Assembly: GCA_002367635.1 (NCBI GenBank)
Contig: DFDI01000014.1
Span: 4,966 to 68,965, forward strand
From: Betaproteobacteria bacterium UBA3031
Lineage (GTDB): Bacteria > Pseudomonadota > Gammaproteobacteria > Burkholderiales > Eutrophovitaceae
Length of the DNA stretch: 64,000 bases
Direction: 5' to 3'
Shown: positions 52,421 through 62,734 of the stretch, piece by piece
How the letters are laid out: the number at the start of each line of letters is the position of its first letter
How positions within the stretch are numbered: the stretch's first letter is position 1
Translations under genes and position numbers: made by a program
Notes under the pieces: model-generated
What the model saw: only the letters and a program-made list of their open reading frames with translations
What the model was told of the DNA's origin: nothing
Database searches by the model: none

Positions 52421-55400
52421 ATGCCGAAAAGAGAAGATATTCAATCAATACTGATCATAGGCGCGGGTCCGATTGTCATCGGACAAGCTTGTGAGTTTGA
52501 CTATTCGGGCGCTCAAGCGTGTAAAGCTCTTCGTGAGGAGGGTTATCGAGTCATTCTGGTGAACTCCAATCCCGCGACTATTATGACTGATCCGGAATTG
52601 GCGGACGTGACTTACATTGAGCCCATTACTTGGCAAATAGTAGAAAAGATTATTGCGGCTGAGAGGCCCGATGCGTTGCTGCCTACGATGGGTGGACAGA
52701 CCGCTCTGAATTGCGCCCTGGATTTGGCTAAGCACGGAGTTTTAGAGAAATATTCGGTAGAAATGATTGGGGCAAGCAAAGAGGCTATTGACAAGGCTGA
52801 GGATCGCGAAAAGTTTAAAGTCGCAATGACGAAAATCGGACTCGATACCCCGAAATCGATGATAGCGCACAGCCTCGAAGAGGCTATTCAGGTTCAGGCT
52901 TTGATTGGCTATCCCGCCATCTTGCGACCTTCGTTTACGATGGGTGGGACTGGTGGAGGCATCGCGTACAACAAAGAAGAGTTCGTTGAAATTGTCGCAA
53001 GAGGCCTGGATGCGTCCCCGACCAAAGAGGTTTTAATTGAAGAGTCGGTTATCGGGTGGAAGGAGTTTGAGATGGAGGTTGTTCGTGATCGGGCGGATAA
53101 CTGCATCATCATCTGTTCCATTGAAAATTTGGATGCTATGGGGGTTCATACGGGTGATTCGATTACCGTAGCGCCAGCCCAGACGCTGACTGACAAAGAG
53201 TACCAAATCATGCGTAATGCCTCGATAGCGGTTTTGCGTGAAATTGGCGTTGATACCGGCGGTTCAAACGTGCAATTTGCGATTAACCCAGATAACGGCC
53301 GCATGATCGTTATCGAGATGAATCCTCGGGTATCCCGTTCTTCAGCGCTTGCTTCAAAAGCGACTGGCTTTCCCATTGCTAAGGTGGCAGCAAAGCTCGC
53401 AGTAGGGTTTACGCTTGATGAGCTTAAGAATGACATAACAGGTGGGCAAACCCCTGCTTCGTTTGAACCTACCATCGATTATGTGGTAACCAAGATTCCA
53501 CGTTTTGCATTTGAGAAATTCCCGTTAGCTAATTCACGACTCACAACGCAGATGAAATCTGTGGGGGAGGTTATGGCTATTGGACGAACGTTTCAGGAGT
53601 CTTTTCAGAAGGCGCTCCGTGGCTTGGAAATTGGGATCGATGGTTTAGATGAGCGCTCTACAGACCTCGAAACGGTACGCACCGAAATTGCGGACCCGGG
53701 ACCCGAGCGCATATTGTATGTGGCTGACGCATTTCGTCTTGGTTTGAGTGCGGAAGACATTCATCACGTGAGCAATATTGACCCTTGGTTTCTTGCGTTT
53801 ATCGAAGATTTAGTTCTTGAAGAGCGAGAGATCTCAAGTGCTTCGCTGCAGGATTTTGACCAACCTTTTTTAAGGCGAATCAAGCAAAAGGGTTTTTCTG
53901 ATCGACGAATAGGGAAATTACTGGGTGTCGATGAATGTGAGGTGCGCGATTTGCGGCACTCATTCTCGATTCGTCCTGTATTCAAAAGGGTTGATACCTG
54001 TGCCGCAGAATTTGATACGAATACAGCGTATATGTATTCAACCTATGAAGAGGAATGTGAATCACGACCATCTAGTCGCGAAAAGATCATGGTGTTAGGC
54101 GGAGGGCCCAATCGAATTGGCCAGGGTATTGAATTTGATTATTGCTGTGTTCATGCCTCTTTAGCGCTTCGTGAGGATGGTTTTGAAACTATTATGGTGA
54201 ATTGTAATCCTGAGACTGTCTCTACTGATTACGACATTTCCGACCGACTTTATTTTGAACCACTGACACTCGAAGATGTGTTGGAGATTGTCGAAGTGGA
54301 AAAACCTAAAGGGGTCATTGTGCAATACGGAGGTCAAACGCCTCTTAAATTAGCCGCTGGATTGCATGCGGCTGGTGTTCCTATCATTGGTACCAGCCCA
54401 GAGATGATTGACTGTGCTGAGGATCGAGAAAAATTTCAAAAGTTACTGTCGGATATTAACTTGAAGCAGCCTCCAAACCGAACAGCCAGAAATCCTGAAG
54501 AAGCGATAAGCTTAGCCGAGGAGATTGGTTATCCGCTGGTTGTGCGTCCATCTTATGTTTTAGGTGGTCGGGCGATGGAAATCGTTCATCATCAATCAGA
54601 CCTTGAGCGTTATATGAGGGAGGCTGTAAAAGTCAGTAACGACAGTCCTGTGCTACTAGATCGCTTTTTGAATGATGCCATAGAGGTTGATGTTGACGCG
54701 ATCTGTGATGGCTCAGATGTCGTGATTGGCGGGATTATGGAGCATATTGAGCAGGCCGGCGTTCATAGCGGGGATTCTGCCTGCTCGCTTCCGCCGTTTA
54801 GTTTGTCCCCAGCGCTTCAGGATGAATTAAGACGTCAAACTGTTGAGCTCGCTAGAGGGCTCAAAGTGGTCGGGTTGATGAATATACAGTTTGCGATTCA
54901 AGGTGAAGAGGTTTATGTGTTGGAAGTCAACCCGCGGGCATCTCGCACAGTTCCTTTTGTCTCTAAGGCTACTGGTCGGCAGTTAGCTAAGGTGGCGGCG
55001 AGTTGCATGGCAGGAAAAAAACTCGTTGAAATGGGTGTCACGTCAGAGATAGTCCCTCCTTATTATTCGGTGAAAGAAGCGGTTTTCCCGTTTATCAAGT
55101 TTCCTGGTGTCGATACCATTTTGGGCCCAGAGATGCGCTCAACTGGGGAGGTGATGGGTATTGGCCAATCCTTTTCAGAAGCCTTTGTAAAGTCTCAGTT
55201 GGCCGCGGGGGTGTTGTTACCGACTTCGGGTAAAGTGTTTATGAGTGTTCGAGATCAAGACAAGGATAAGATTGTTGATCTCGCCCGAGAGCTATCGGCA
55301 AACGGGTTTGAGTTAATTGCCACACATGGTACTGCGCGTGCTCTTTCTGAGCATGGTTTGCAAGTACATCGGGTAAATAAAGTAGCTGAGGGGCGGCCTC

Positions 55401-55627
55401 ACGTTGTTGATATGATCAAAAATGGCGAGATCGCAATGATTATTAATACGGTAGATGATAGTAAGGTGTCCATTAAGGATTCGTATTCGATCAGGAGAAC
55501 TGCTCTACAAGGGCGAGTCACCTACTTCACCACGATTGCCGGAGCAAGAGCCGCGAGCCATGGGATCAGTCAAATGACTGATCTGCATGTACGCTCTTTG
55601 CAAAGCGCTCATAGTATGCTTGGCTGA
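52421..55627 (+). CDS. carB: Carbamoyl-phosphate synthase large subunit
   Basis: 1068 aa with duplicated ATP-grasp halves ([21 protein letters not shown] / [21 protein letters not shown]) and a C-terminal MGS-like domain. Confidence 0.97.
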   Translation: MPKREDIQSILIIGAGPIVIGQACEFDYSGAQACKALREEGYRVILVNSNPATIMTDPELADVTYIEPITWQIVEKIIAAERPDALLPTMGGQTALNCALDLAKHGVLEKYSVEMIGASKEAIDKAEDREKFKVAMTKIGLDTPKSMIAHSLEEAIQVQALIGYPAILRPSFTMGGTGGGIAYNKEEFVEIVARGLDASPTKEVLIEESVIGWKEFEMEVVRDRADNCIIICSIENLDAMGVHTGDSITVAPAQTLTDKEYQIMRNASIAVLREIGVDTGGSNVQFAINPDNGRMIVIEMNPRVSRSSALASKATGFPIAKVAAKLAVGFTLDELKNDITGGQTPASFEPTIDYVVTKIPRFAFEKFPLANSRLTTQMKSVGEVMAIGRTFQESFQKALRGLEIGIDGLDERSTDLETVRTEIADPGPERILYVADAFRLGLSAEDIHHVSNIDPWFLAFIEDLVLEEREISSASLQDFDQPFLRRIKQKGFSDRRIGKLLGVDECEVRDLRHSFSIRPVFKRVDTCAAEFDTNTAYMYSTYEEECESRPSSREKIMVLGGGPNRIGQGIEFDYCCVHASLALREDGFETIMVNCNPETVSTDYDISDRLYFEPLTLEDVLEIVEVEKPKGVIVQYGGQTPLKLAAGLHAAGVPIIGTSPEMIDCAEDREKFQKLLSDINLKQPPNRTARNPEEAISLAEEIGYPLVVRPSYVLGGRAMEIVHHQSDLERYMREAVKVSNDSPVLLDRFLNDAIEVDVDAICDGSDVVIGGIMEHIEQAGVHSGDSACSLPPFSLSPALQDELRRQTVELARGLKVVGLMNIQFAIQGEEVYVLEVNPRASRTVPFVSKATGRQLAKVAASCMAGKKLVEMGVTSEIVPPYYSVKEAVFPFIKFPGVDTILGPEMRSTGEVMGIGQSFSEAFVKSQLAAGVLLPTSGKVFMSVRDQDKDKIVDLARELSANGFELIATHGTARALSEHGLQVHRVNKVAEGRPHVVDMIKNGEIAMIINTVDDSKVSIKDSYSIRRTALQGRVTYFTTIAGARAASHGISQMTDLHVRSLQSAHSMLG

Positions 55628-55669
55628 TTCGTTAACAATCACGCATTTAAATTGTAAAGGATTTTTGGT

Positions 55670-56146
55670 ATGTCAAAAGTTCCTCTCACGATGGTAGGGG
55701 CAGAGAAGCTCCGTGAAGAGTTGCATAAACTAAAAACTGAGGAGCGACGGTCTGTAATCAACGCTATTTCAGAGGCTAGGGCTCACGGCGACTTATCCGA
55801 AAATGCAGAATATGATGCAGCTAAGGAGCGTCAAGGTTTTGTCGAAGGGCGGATCATTGAATTAGAGGGGAAGCTGTCCAACGCCCAAATCATTGATCCC
55901 TTAAAGCTGGATGCTGACGGGCGTTGCGTTTTTGGTGCGACCGCGCGCCTCTGTGACCTAGAAGCTGATCGAGAGGTTACCTATCAAATTGTAGGTGAGG
56001 ACGAGGCTGATATTAAGGGCGGAAAAATTTCTGTTAATTCGCCCATAGCGCGTGCCCTTATCGGTAAAGAAGTGGGGGATGTGGCGGAAGTCGATGCGCC
56101 TGGCGGGATTAGAGAGTACGAAATCCTGACTGTGCAATACATTTGA
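55670..56146 (+). CDS. greA: Transcription elongation factor GreA
   Basis: 158 aa with [15 protein letters not shown] and the C-terminal FKBP-like pattern ISV.SPIARAL.GK..GD. Confidence 0.94.
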   Translation: MSKVPLTMVGAEKLREELHKLKTEERRSVINAISEARAHGDLSENAEYDAAKERQGFVEGRIIELEGKLSNAQIIDPLKLDADGRCVFGATARLCDLEADREVTYQIVGEDEADIKGGKISVNSPIARALIGKEVGDVAEVDAPGGIREYEILTVQYI

Positions 56147-56193
56147 GTGCCATCAGAAGAGCTGAGAGTTTGATTAAGATTTCACGTTCGTCC

Positions 56194-56511
56194 TCAGTCA
56201 GTATTTTTTTCGTTTTTGCGGTAGACAATGAGCACCTTGCCGATATGATCAATGGGTGTCGCGCCGAGTGATGAGACAATCTCAGACATGATTTTTACGC
56301 GCTCTTCTCTATCATCCGAATGAATGCGTACTTTAATTAATTCATGGGCATCGAGGGCGATGGCGAGTTCTTTCAAGACCGGTTTACTCAGCCCTTTGTC
56401 GCCGATTGTTACCACGGGGTTGAGGTGATGTGCTTTCGCTTTAAGTTCGCGCTTAACTTTGTCTGATAGTGGATTCACTTTTTCCCCTGAGCAAGTATGT
56501 TTTGTAGGCAC
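56194..56511 (-). CDS. yhbY: Ribosome assembly RNA-binding protein YhbY (CRM domain)
   Basis: LKAKAHHLNPVVTIGDKGLS...ELIKV pattern. The true start may be GTG 56478, preceded by AGGGGAA. Confidence 0.85.
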   Translation of the reverse strand: MPTKHTCSGEKVNPLSDKVKRELKAKAHHLNPVVTIGDKGLSKPVLKELAIALDAHELIKVRIHSDDREERVKIMSEIVSSLGATPIDHIGKVLIVYRKNEKNTD

Positions 56512-56549
56512 GTATTGTAATCACAATGGAGTAAATAAGTTGCGGCGTT

Positions 56550-57164
56550 ATGTCAAAACGTAAAAAAACTTGGATGCAAGAGCACGTATCTGACCCATTT
56601 GTTAAAAAAGCAAATTCAGAGGGCTGGCGATCACGCGCCTCGTTCAAATTACTGGAGATCCTTGATCAAGATAACCTAGCCATGCCGGGTATGGTGGTTG
56701 TTGATTTAGGAGCGGCTCCCGGAGGCTGGAGTCAGGTGGTGTCGCAGCGCGTGAAGGGCAATGGGCTAGTGATCGCGGTAGATTTGCTGGAAATGTCAGC
56801 ATTGCCTCAAGTGAATTTTATCCGGGGAGATTTTGCGGAGCAGCATACGTTAGATGCAATGGAGGCCCTATTGTCAAATCGTGAGGTGGGTCTTGTAATT
56901 TCTGATATGGCCCCCAATATCAGTGGTGTGAAGTCTTTAGATCAGGCCCGCTGGTTAAATTTGGCTGAATTGGCATTTGATTTTGCGCAGCAGTATTTAA
57001 AGCAAGGTGGGAACGTGGTCATCAAATGCTTTGAGGGTGAGGGGGCTAAGCAATTTCGCGAAAGTGTAAAATCCAGCTTCCAAAAGGTCCACATTAGAAA
57101 GCCGCAAGCCTCTAGGGATCGGTCCAGTGAATTTTTTATCGTTGGGTTGAACAAAATTGATTGA
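56550..57164 (+). CDS. rlmE: 23S rRNA (uridine2552-2'-O)-methyltransferase
   Basis: WRSRASFKL.E and the SAM motif VVDLGAAPGGWSQ, ~204 aa, lying upstream of ftsH. Confidence 0.93.
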   Translation: MSKRKKTWMQEHVSDPFVKKANSEGWRSRASFKLLEILDQDNLAMPGMVVVDLGAAPGGWSQVVSQRVKGNGLVIAVDLLEMSALPQVNFIRGDFAEQHTLDAMEALLSNREVGLVISDMAPNISGVKSLDQARWLNLAELAFDFAQQYLKQGGNVVIKCFEGEGAKQFRESVKSSFQKVHIRKPQASRDRSSEFFIVGLNKID

Positions 57165-57213
57165 TTGAGGCCTTACATAAGTAAATTCAGTCTAGAATAG
57201 TATGTTAATTGAA

Positions 57214-57232
57214 GCTCGGAAGTGCTCCGAGC
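57214..57232 (+). other. Perfect 7-bp hairpin in the rlmE-ftsH spacer
   Basis: GCTCGGA (57214-57220) / TCCGAGC (57226-57232), loop AGTGC, no U-tract. It lies 24 nt upstream of the ftsH TTG start. Confidence 0.3.
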
Positions 57233-57255
57233 GTTAGGTATGGTGGGAGTGAAAT

Positions 57256-59145
57256 TTGAATAATACGATGAAAAACATAGCGGTATGGCTGGTGATCGCA
57301 CTCGTTTTAATGACGGTTTTTAATCAATTTAGCGAGCGTCAACAGGAACAATCTTCTGTGCCTTACTCTAAGTTCATTCAGGACGTTAATTCCGGTGGTG
57401 TTGCTGGGGTTACCATTGACGGTCGAAATCTCAAGGTTCAAAAGACGGATGGGCAGCGCTACAGTGTCTATTCACCTTCTGACCCATGGTTGGTTTCTGA
57501 TTTGCTTAAGGCTGGGGTTGAGGTTGAAGCAAAGCCGGAGGACGAGCCTTCGCTGCTGATGAGTATTTTCGTTTCCTGGTTCCCTATGCTGCTGCTCATA
57601 GGGGTTTGGGTTTTCTTCATGCGTCAAATGCAAGGCGGGGGTCGAGGTGGGGCGTTCTCCTTTGGGAAAAGTAAAGCTAAATTGTTGGGCGACAACAATA
57701 ATGGCGTCACGTTCGCCGATGTGGCAGGTTGCGATGAGGCTAAAGAAGAGGTTTCTGAATTGGTCGATTTTCTTCGTGACCCTGGAAAATTTCAAAAGTT
57801 AGGCGGTCGAATCCCTCGGGGCGTGCTCATGGTGGGCTCACCTGGCACCGGTAAAACCTTGCTTGCAAAAGCAATTGCTGGGGAGGCGAAGGTCCCTTTC
57901 TTTTCAATATCTGGTTCGGACTTTGTGGAGATGTTCGTCGGCGTTGGTGCTGCTCGAGTGCGGGACATGTTTGAGAACGCTAAGAAAAACTCGCCGTGTA
58001 TTGTGTTTATCGATGAAATCGATGCTGTCGGTCGTCAGCGTGGCGCCGGTCTTGGTGGTGGCAACGATGAGCGGGAACAAACGCTTAACCAATTGTTGGT
58101 GGAGATGGATGGTTTTGAAACTGGAGTGGGCGTGATTGTTATTGCTGCGACCAACCGGCCCGATGTGCTTGATCCTGCACTGTTGCGTCCCGGCCGCTTT
58201 GATCGCCAAGTTGTTGTGCCTCTCCCTGACATTAGAGGCAGGGAACAAATATTGATGGTTCATATGCGTAAAGTACCTATCGCAACAGATGTTAAGGCGG
58301 ACATTCTCGCTCGCGGCACGCCAGGGTTTTCCGGCGCTGATTTGGCTAACTTGGTAAATGAGGCGGCCTTATTTGCGGCCAGATCGAGTAAGCGCTTAGT
58401 GGACATGACGGATTTTGAGAGCGCTAAAGACAAAATCATGATGGGGGCGGAGCGTCGTTCAATGATAATGCCGGAGGCGGAGCGTAGGAATACGGCCTAC
58501 CATGAGTCTGGTCACGCTGTTGTAGCGAGACTCTTACCCAGAACCGATCCAGTTCACAAGGTGACGATTATTCCTAGAGGTCAAGCGCTGGGCTTGACCA
58601 TGCAGCTTCCTCAGGAAGATCGCTACAGCATGGATAAGGAGCAAATTCTTCAAAACATATCCGTATTGTTTGGCGGGCGCATTGCTGAAGAAGTTTTCAT
58701 GAAGCAGATGACGACTGGCGCATCGAATGATTTTGAACGTGCAACTGCTATGGCCCGTAGGATGGTGACTCAGTGGGGTATGAGTGATGCGCTTGGACCG
58801 ATGGTTTACGGCGAGAATGAGGGTGAAGTATTCCTCGGTAGGTCAGTCACGACGACTAAGAACGTATCTGAAGCCACGCTGCAGCGGGTGGATGCTGAAA
58901 TTAAGAAAATCATTGATGAGCAATATGGATTGGCTCGGAGTTTAATAGAGGGAAATCGAGAAAAAGTCGAGCTGATGGCGCAGACATTGCTTGAATGGGA
59001 AACTATCGATGCTGACCAGGTCAACGACATCATGGATGGTCGTCAGCCAAGGCCGCCTAAACCTACCCAAAGGCCAGAGGAGCCCAAAAGCCCACCTGAG
59101 GCGCCAAATCCAGAACCGACAACACGACCTGCAGAGGAAATTTAG
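57256..59145 (+). CDS. ftsH: ATP-dependent zinc metalloprotease FtsH
   Basis: Two N-terminal TM segments, Walker A GSPGTGKT, an SRH region, and the zinc motif HESGHA. TTG 57256 has GGGAG 6 nt upstream; an alternative start is ATG 57268. Confidence 0.96.
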   Translation: MNNTMKNIAVWLVIALVLMTVFNQFSERQQEQSSVPYSKFIQDVNSGGVAGVTIDGRNLKVQKTDGQRYSVYSPSDPWLVSDLLKAGVEVEAKPEDEPSLLMSIFVSWFPMLLLIGVWVFFMRQMQGGGRGGAFSFGKSKAKLLGDNNNGVTFADVAGCDEAKEEVSELVDFLRDPGKFQKLGGRIPRGVLMVGSPGTGKTLLAKAIAGEAKVPFFSISGSDFVEMFVGVGAARVRDMFENAKKNSPCIVFIDEIDAVGRQRGAGLGGGNDEREQTLNQLLVEMDGFETGVGVIVIAATNRPDVLDPALLRPGRFDRQVVVPLPDIRGREQILMVHMRKVPIATDVKADILARGTPGFSGADLANLVNEAALFAARSSKRLVDMTDFESAKDKIMMGAERRSMIMPEAERRNTAYHESGHAVVARLLPRTDPVHKVTIIPRGQALGLTMQLPQEDRYSMDKEQILQNISVLFGGRIAEEVFMKQMTTGASNDFERATAMARRMVTQWGMSDALGPMVYGENEGEVFLGRSVTTTKNVSEATLQRVDAEIKKIIDEQYGLARSLIEGNREKVELMAQTLLEWETIDADQVNDIMDGRQPRPPKPTQRPEEPKSPPEAPNPEPTTRPAEEI

Positions 59146-59163
59146 GTCGTATTTATTCAGTCA

Positions 59164-60018
59164 ATGGATCTTAATTTTGTTTGGGGTGCCTCTCACTTTC
59201 AGTTAGCCCGACCGATGGTGATGGGGGTGGTGAATGTCACCCTCGATTCCTTTTCGGATGGCGGAGACTATGTTGATCTTGCGATAGCGGTCGAGCGAGC
59301 GAAAATCCTATTTGAATCTGGGGCCGACATCATTGATGTTGGCGGGGAGTCTAGCCGCCCAGGTGCGCAGCCTGCGAGTCTAGACTTAGAGCGAGGTCGC
59401 GTGATTCCGGTGATCCAGGAGTTATCTCGTTTGGGCATCCCGTTCTCTATTGACACACAAAAGCCGCGTTTGATGGAGGAGGCGATTGAGTGTGGCGCGT
59501 GCCTCATCAACGATATCTCGGGCGCTCAAGATCCTGAGGTTGCATCTATTGTGGCGCGTACTAATGTTGGAGTTTGCGTGATGCACATGCAAGGCTCGCC
59601 TAGAGTCATGCAGCAGAATCCGAGTTATCAGGATGTTGTTCAAGAAGTATTTTCATTCTTGCAGGAGAGGGTTGTATCTTTGATTCAATCGGGGGTGAAG
59701 CCTTCTAACATTGTGGTTGACCCTGGTTTTGGTTTTGGCAAAACGCTTGAGCATAACTTGTTGTTACTCAGAAATTTAAATAAATTTTGTGATTTAGGAC
59801 ACCCGGTCTTGGTTGGTCTTTCGCGAAAGGCAATGTTGGGAGTCATTACGAATAAAGAGGATGTTTCAGATCGATTGGGTTCGAGTATCGCTTCGGCTAT
59901 ATTTGCGGTGAGCCAAGGTGCTGACATCGTGCGAGTGCATGATGTGAATGAAACAAGAGATGCTCTTTTGGCTTGGCAGTTTTTCTCTGACGCAACGCTT
60001 ACGGGGGCAGATAAGTGA
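59164..60018 (+). CDS. folP: Dihydropteroate synthase
   Basis: MGVVNVTLDSFSDGG, DIIDVGGES.RPG and VGLSRK. The stop overlaps the glmM start (GTGA at 60015-60018). Confidence 0.94.
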   Translation: MDLNFVWGASHFQLARPMVMGVVNVTLDSFSDGGDYVDLAIAVERAKILFESGADIIDVGGESSRPGAQPASLDLERGRVIPVIQELSRLGIPFSIDTQKPRLMEEAIECGACLINDISGAQDPEVASIVARTNVGVCVMHMQGSPRVMQQNPSYQDVVQEVFSFLQERVVSLIQSGVKPSNIVVDPGFGFGKTLEHNLLLLRNLNKFCDLGHPVLVGLSRKAMLGVITNKEDVSDRLGSSIASAIFAVSQGADIVRVHDVNETRDALLAWQFFSDATLTGADK

Positions 60019-61382
60019 CAGCGCTTAGAAAGTACTTTGGTACTGATGGGATCAGGGGGGCGGTTGGAAATGATCCGATAACCCCTGACTTTATGTTGCG
60101 TTTGGGGTATGCCGCAGGGAAGGTTTTCTCGAAAACACGCGCTTCGGAGGCTGCAGGTCGTACAAAGGTGCTGATCGGGAAAGACACTCGATTATCCGGA
60201 TATATGCTTGAGTCAGCACTTCAGTCTGGTTTGGCAGCGGCCGGAGTAGATGTCTTGCTGACAGGACCGCTTCCAACCCCGGGGGTTGCGTATTTGACGC
60301 GTGTGCTGCGACTGAGTGCGGGGATCGTGATAACGGCTTCTCATAATCCATACCAGGATAATGGGGTTAAGTTTTTTTCTGCCCAGGGCAACAAATTGTC
60401 GGATGTCGTTGAATTTCAGATTGAGCAATATCTCGCGCAAGGCCCTGATGCGGTTGTTTCAGATGATATTGGCAAAGCAAAAAGAGTCGTTGATTCGGTA
60501 GGTCGATACGCGGAATTTTGTAAGAGCTCATTTCCCCAGACGCTTGATTTGTCGGGAATGCGTGTGGTCTTAGACTGTGCGCACGGGGCGACGTATCAGG
60601 TTGCTCCTGCTGTATTTAGAGAGCTTGGCGCGACAGTTACTGTCATGGGTGGTGAGCCCGATGGGATTAATATCAATCTTAATTGTGGGGCATTACACCC
60701 CGAAGCTGTTCGCGACCGTGTGCTTCACGAAAACGCGGATATTGGCATCAGTTTTGATGGTGACGGCGATAGACTCATCATGGTTGATGCTGAGGGGGTA
60801 ATTTACGATGGGGATCAGCTTTTATATGTGATTGCGAGTCATCGAAAGTTAGGCGATCAGGATGGCATTGTCGGCACTTTAATGACTAATTTGGCGATCG
60901 AAAATGGATTTAAGAGCTTGAATATTCCATTTTTACGCTCAGCCGTTGGTGACCGATACGTCTATGAAAAACTGATCGAGAACAATTGGGTGCTTGGTGG
61001 GGAGGGGTCTGGACATATTATCTGCCTTGATAAACACACTACCGGCGATGGTATCGTTTCTGCTCTCCAAGTGCTCGCAGCCTTAAGGCAGTCACAGCAG
61101 ACTTTAGCGCAATGCTTGTCAGCGGTGAGGCTCTATCCTCAGTTGCTTCACAATATTCGACTTGTGCGCAAATTGAATGATGGCGAGCTTGTCCAAATTC
61201 AAGAGGTGGGAGGCATTATCTCGGAGCAATTGGGACCGAAGTACCGGGTGCTAATTCGAGAATCAGGTACTGAGCCGTTGCTTCGGATCATGGTCGAGGG
61301 CGAGAGCAATACGGTCGTTGAAAAGGCTATCAAAGCCTTGGCTGATTCGATTCAGACGCTTCTTCCTCAAAAAACTCATTAG
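60015..61382 (+). CDS. glmM: Phosphoglucosamine mutase
   Basis: YFGTDGIRG, the phosphoserine loop TASHNP, FDGDGDR and GGE.SGH. Confidence 0.95.
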   Translation: MTALRKYFGTDGIRGAVGNDPITPDFMLRLGYAAGKVFSKTRASEAAGRTKVLIGKDTRLSGYMLESALQSGLAAAGVDVLLTGPLPTPGVAYLTRVLRLSAGIVITASHNPYQDNGVKFFSAQGNKLSDVVEFQIEQYLAQGPDAVVSDDIGKAKRVVDSVGRYAEFCKSSFPQTLDLSGMRVVLDCAHGATYQVAPAVFRELGATVTVMGGEPDGININLNCGALHPEAVRDRVLHENADIGISFDGDGDRLIMVDAEGVIYDGDQLLYVIASHRKLGDQDGIVGTLMTNLAIENGFKSLNIPFLRSAVGDRYVYEKLIENNWVLGGEGSGHIICLDKHTTGDGIVSALQVLAALRQSQQTLAQCLSAVRLYPQLLHNIRLVRKLNDGELVQIQEVGGIISEQLGPKYRVLIRESGTEPLLRIMVEGESNTVVEKAIKALADSIQTLLPQKTH

Positions 61383-61519
61383 TATTGTCGGTGTTGCGGG
61401 CCTTGTTCCACGCAAACATCCGTATGAGTAAGGAATCTATCTATTTGTATTGTCCGTAATGACAGGAGGGTGATACGCACATTTTAAATTAGTTAAAACC
61501 GAGTGGTGGCTTAGAGGCT

Positions 61520-61553
61520 TTGTAATTTAACTGTAACACTCAGTAGGTATAAA
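61520..61553 (+). promoter_or_regulatory. Pho box (PhoB site) plus -10 element of the pstS promoter
   Basis: Direct repeats TTGTAAT (61520-61526) and CTGTAAC (61531-61537), 11 bp apart. The remembered consensus is CTGTCAT-N4-CTGTCAT. TATAAA (61548-61553) follows 10 nt downstream. Confidence 0.6.
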
Positions 61554-61625
61554 GGCTGTGAGTAAAAAGTAATTTGACGTTATCTGATAACCGTACTCGT
61601 GATTTAACCTTCAAAGGAGTTTTTA

Positions 61626-62663
61626 ATGTCTTTTCGTTTTTTAGCTTTGGCCTTGGCCACAGTTGTGATGAGCGCGCCGGCTGTTGCGCGTGATTATATA
61701 TCGATCGCTGGTTCGTCAACGGTCTTTCCTTTTGCAACGATTATTGCAGAAAAATTAGGTCAAAATCCTGCTGTTAAGACACCTGTTGTTGAGTCTGGCG
61801 GATCTTCTGTCGGTAAAAAAGGTGTGTGTGATGGGATTGGTACCCAATTCATCGATATTGGTAATGCCTCCTCGCGCATGAAGGCCAAAGAACTTAAATA
61901 TTGTGATAAAAATGGTGTGGCGCTCACCGAGATAAAAGTGGGTTACGACGGTATCGTTTTGGCAAACTCAAAAGATGCGCCATTATTACAAATTTCTCGA
62001 TCTGACTTGGGTAAGGCATTGACGGCTGAAGTGCCCGATGAAGCGGGTCAAAACTGGATCCCCAACCCTTATAAAAAATGGTCTGAGTTGAATCCAGCCT
62101 ACCCTGATGTTGCCATTAGAGTCTATGGCCCACCAACAACGTCAGGCACGAGAGCGTCATTTGCTGAGATCATTAACGAAAAGTCTTATTGTGGGAAGGA
62201 CGAGGTCGCTAAGGCTCTATCCTTGGCTCGAGATGATAAGAATGGAAAAAAATGCCGCGCTATGCGTACCGACGGGGCTTACATAGAGGCGGGCGAACAG
62301 GACAACCTGATTGTTCAAAAGCTGGCTGAGGATCCAACTGCGTTCGGTATCTTTGGATTCTCCTATCTGGATCAAAACTCTGATAGCATTCAAGGTTCTG
62401 AGTTAGATGGTGTGGCGCCTACATTTGAGGCGATTGGTACGGGTGAGTATAAGGCTTCACGTGCGCTATACTTTTATGTGAAACATGCGCATATTGGCGT
62501 AGTGCCTGGGATCAGCGAGTACATGACTGAGTGGACAAAACACTGGGGTGATGACGGGATTCTTGCAGATGCTGGTATGATTCCAATGAGTAAAGCTGAA
62601 CGCAAAGAAATGATGGATCGTATGAATGATCTGCCAGTTCTGAAGAAGGGTGACCTTAAGTAG
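61626..62663 (+). CDS. pstS: Phosphate ABC transporter substrate-binding protein (PstS family)
   Basis: Signal peptide, then ISIAGSSTVFPFA, the GTRASF pattern and GFSYL. Followed by pstC. Confidence 0.88.
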   Translation: MSFRFLALALATVVMSAPAVARDYISIAGSSTVFPFATIIAEKLGQNPAVKTPVVESGGSSVGKKGVCDGIGTQFIDIGNASSRMKAKELKYCDKNGVALTEIKVGYDGIVLANSKDAPLLQISRSDLGKALTAEVPDEAGQNWIPNPYKKWSELNPAYPDVAIRVYGPPTTSGTRASFAEIINEKSYCGKDEVAKALSLARDDKNGKKCRAMRTDGAYIEAGEQDNLIVQKLAEDPTAFGIFGFSYLDQNSDSIQGSELDGVAPTFEAIGTGEYKASRALYFYVKHAHIGVVPGISEYMTEWTKHWGDDGILADAGMIPMSKAERKEMMDRMNDLPVLKKGDLK

Positions 62664-62684
62664 TAGAAGTCAAATAGGTTCGCT

Positions 62685-62718
62685 AAGGAGCTAGCTTTTG
62701 ACTTAAGGCTAGCTCCTT
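62685..62718 (+). terminator. Intercistronic hairpin (partial terminator / mRNA stabiliser) between pstS and pstC
   Basis: Perfect 11-bp stem AAGGAGCTAGC (62685-62695) / GCTAGCTCCTT (62708-62718), 12-nt loop, followed by TTGCATTTG. Confidence 0.5.
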
Positions 62719-62734
62719 TTGCATTTGAAAAGGG

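Noticed and set aside
61540-61737. 65-aa minus-strand ORF spanning the pstS promoter and start
   Set aside because: It overlaps the Pho box, -10, SD and 5' end of pstS. There is no SD, and the composition is unconvincing.
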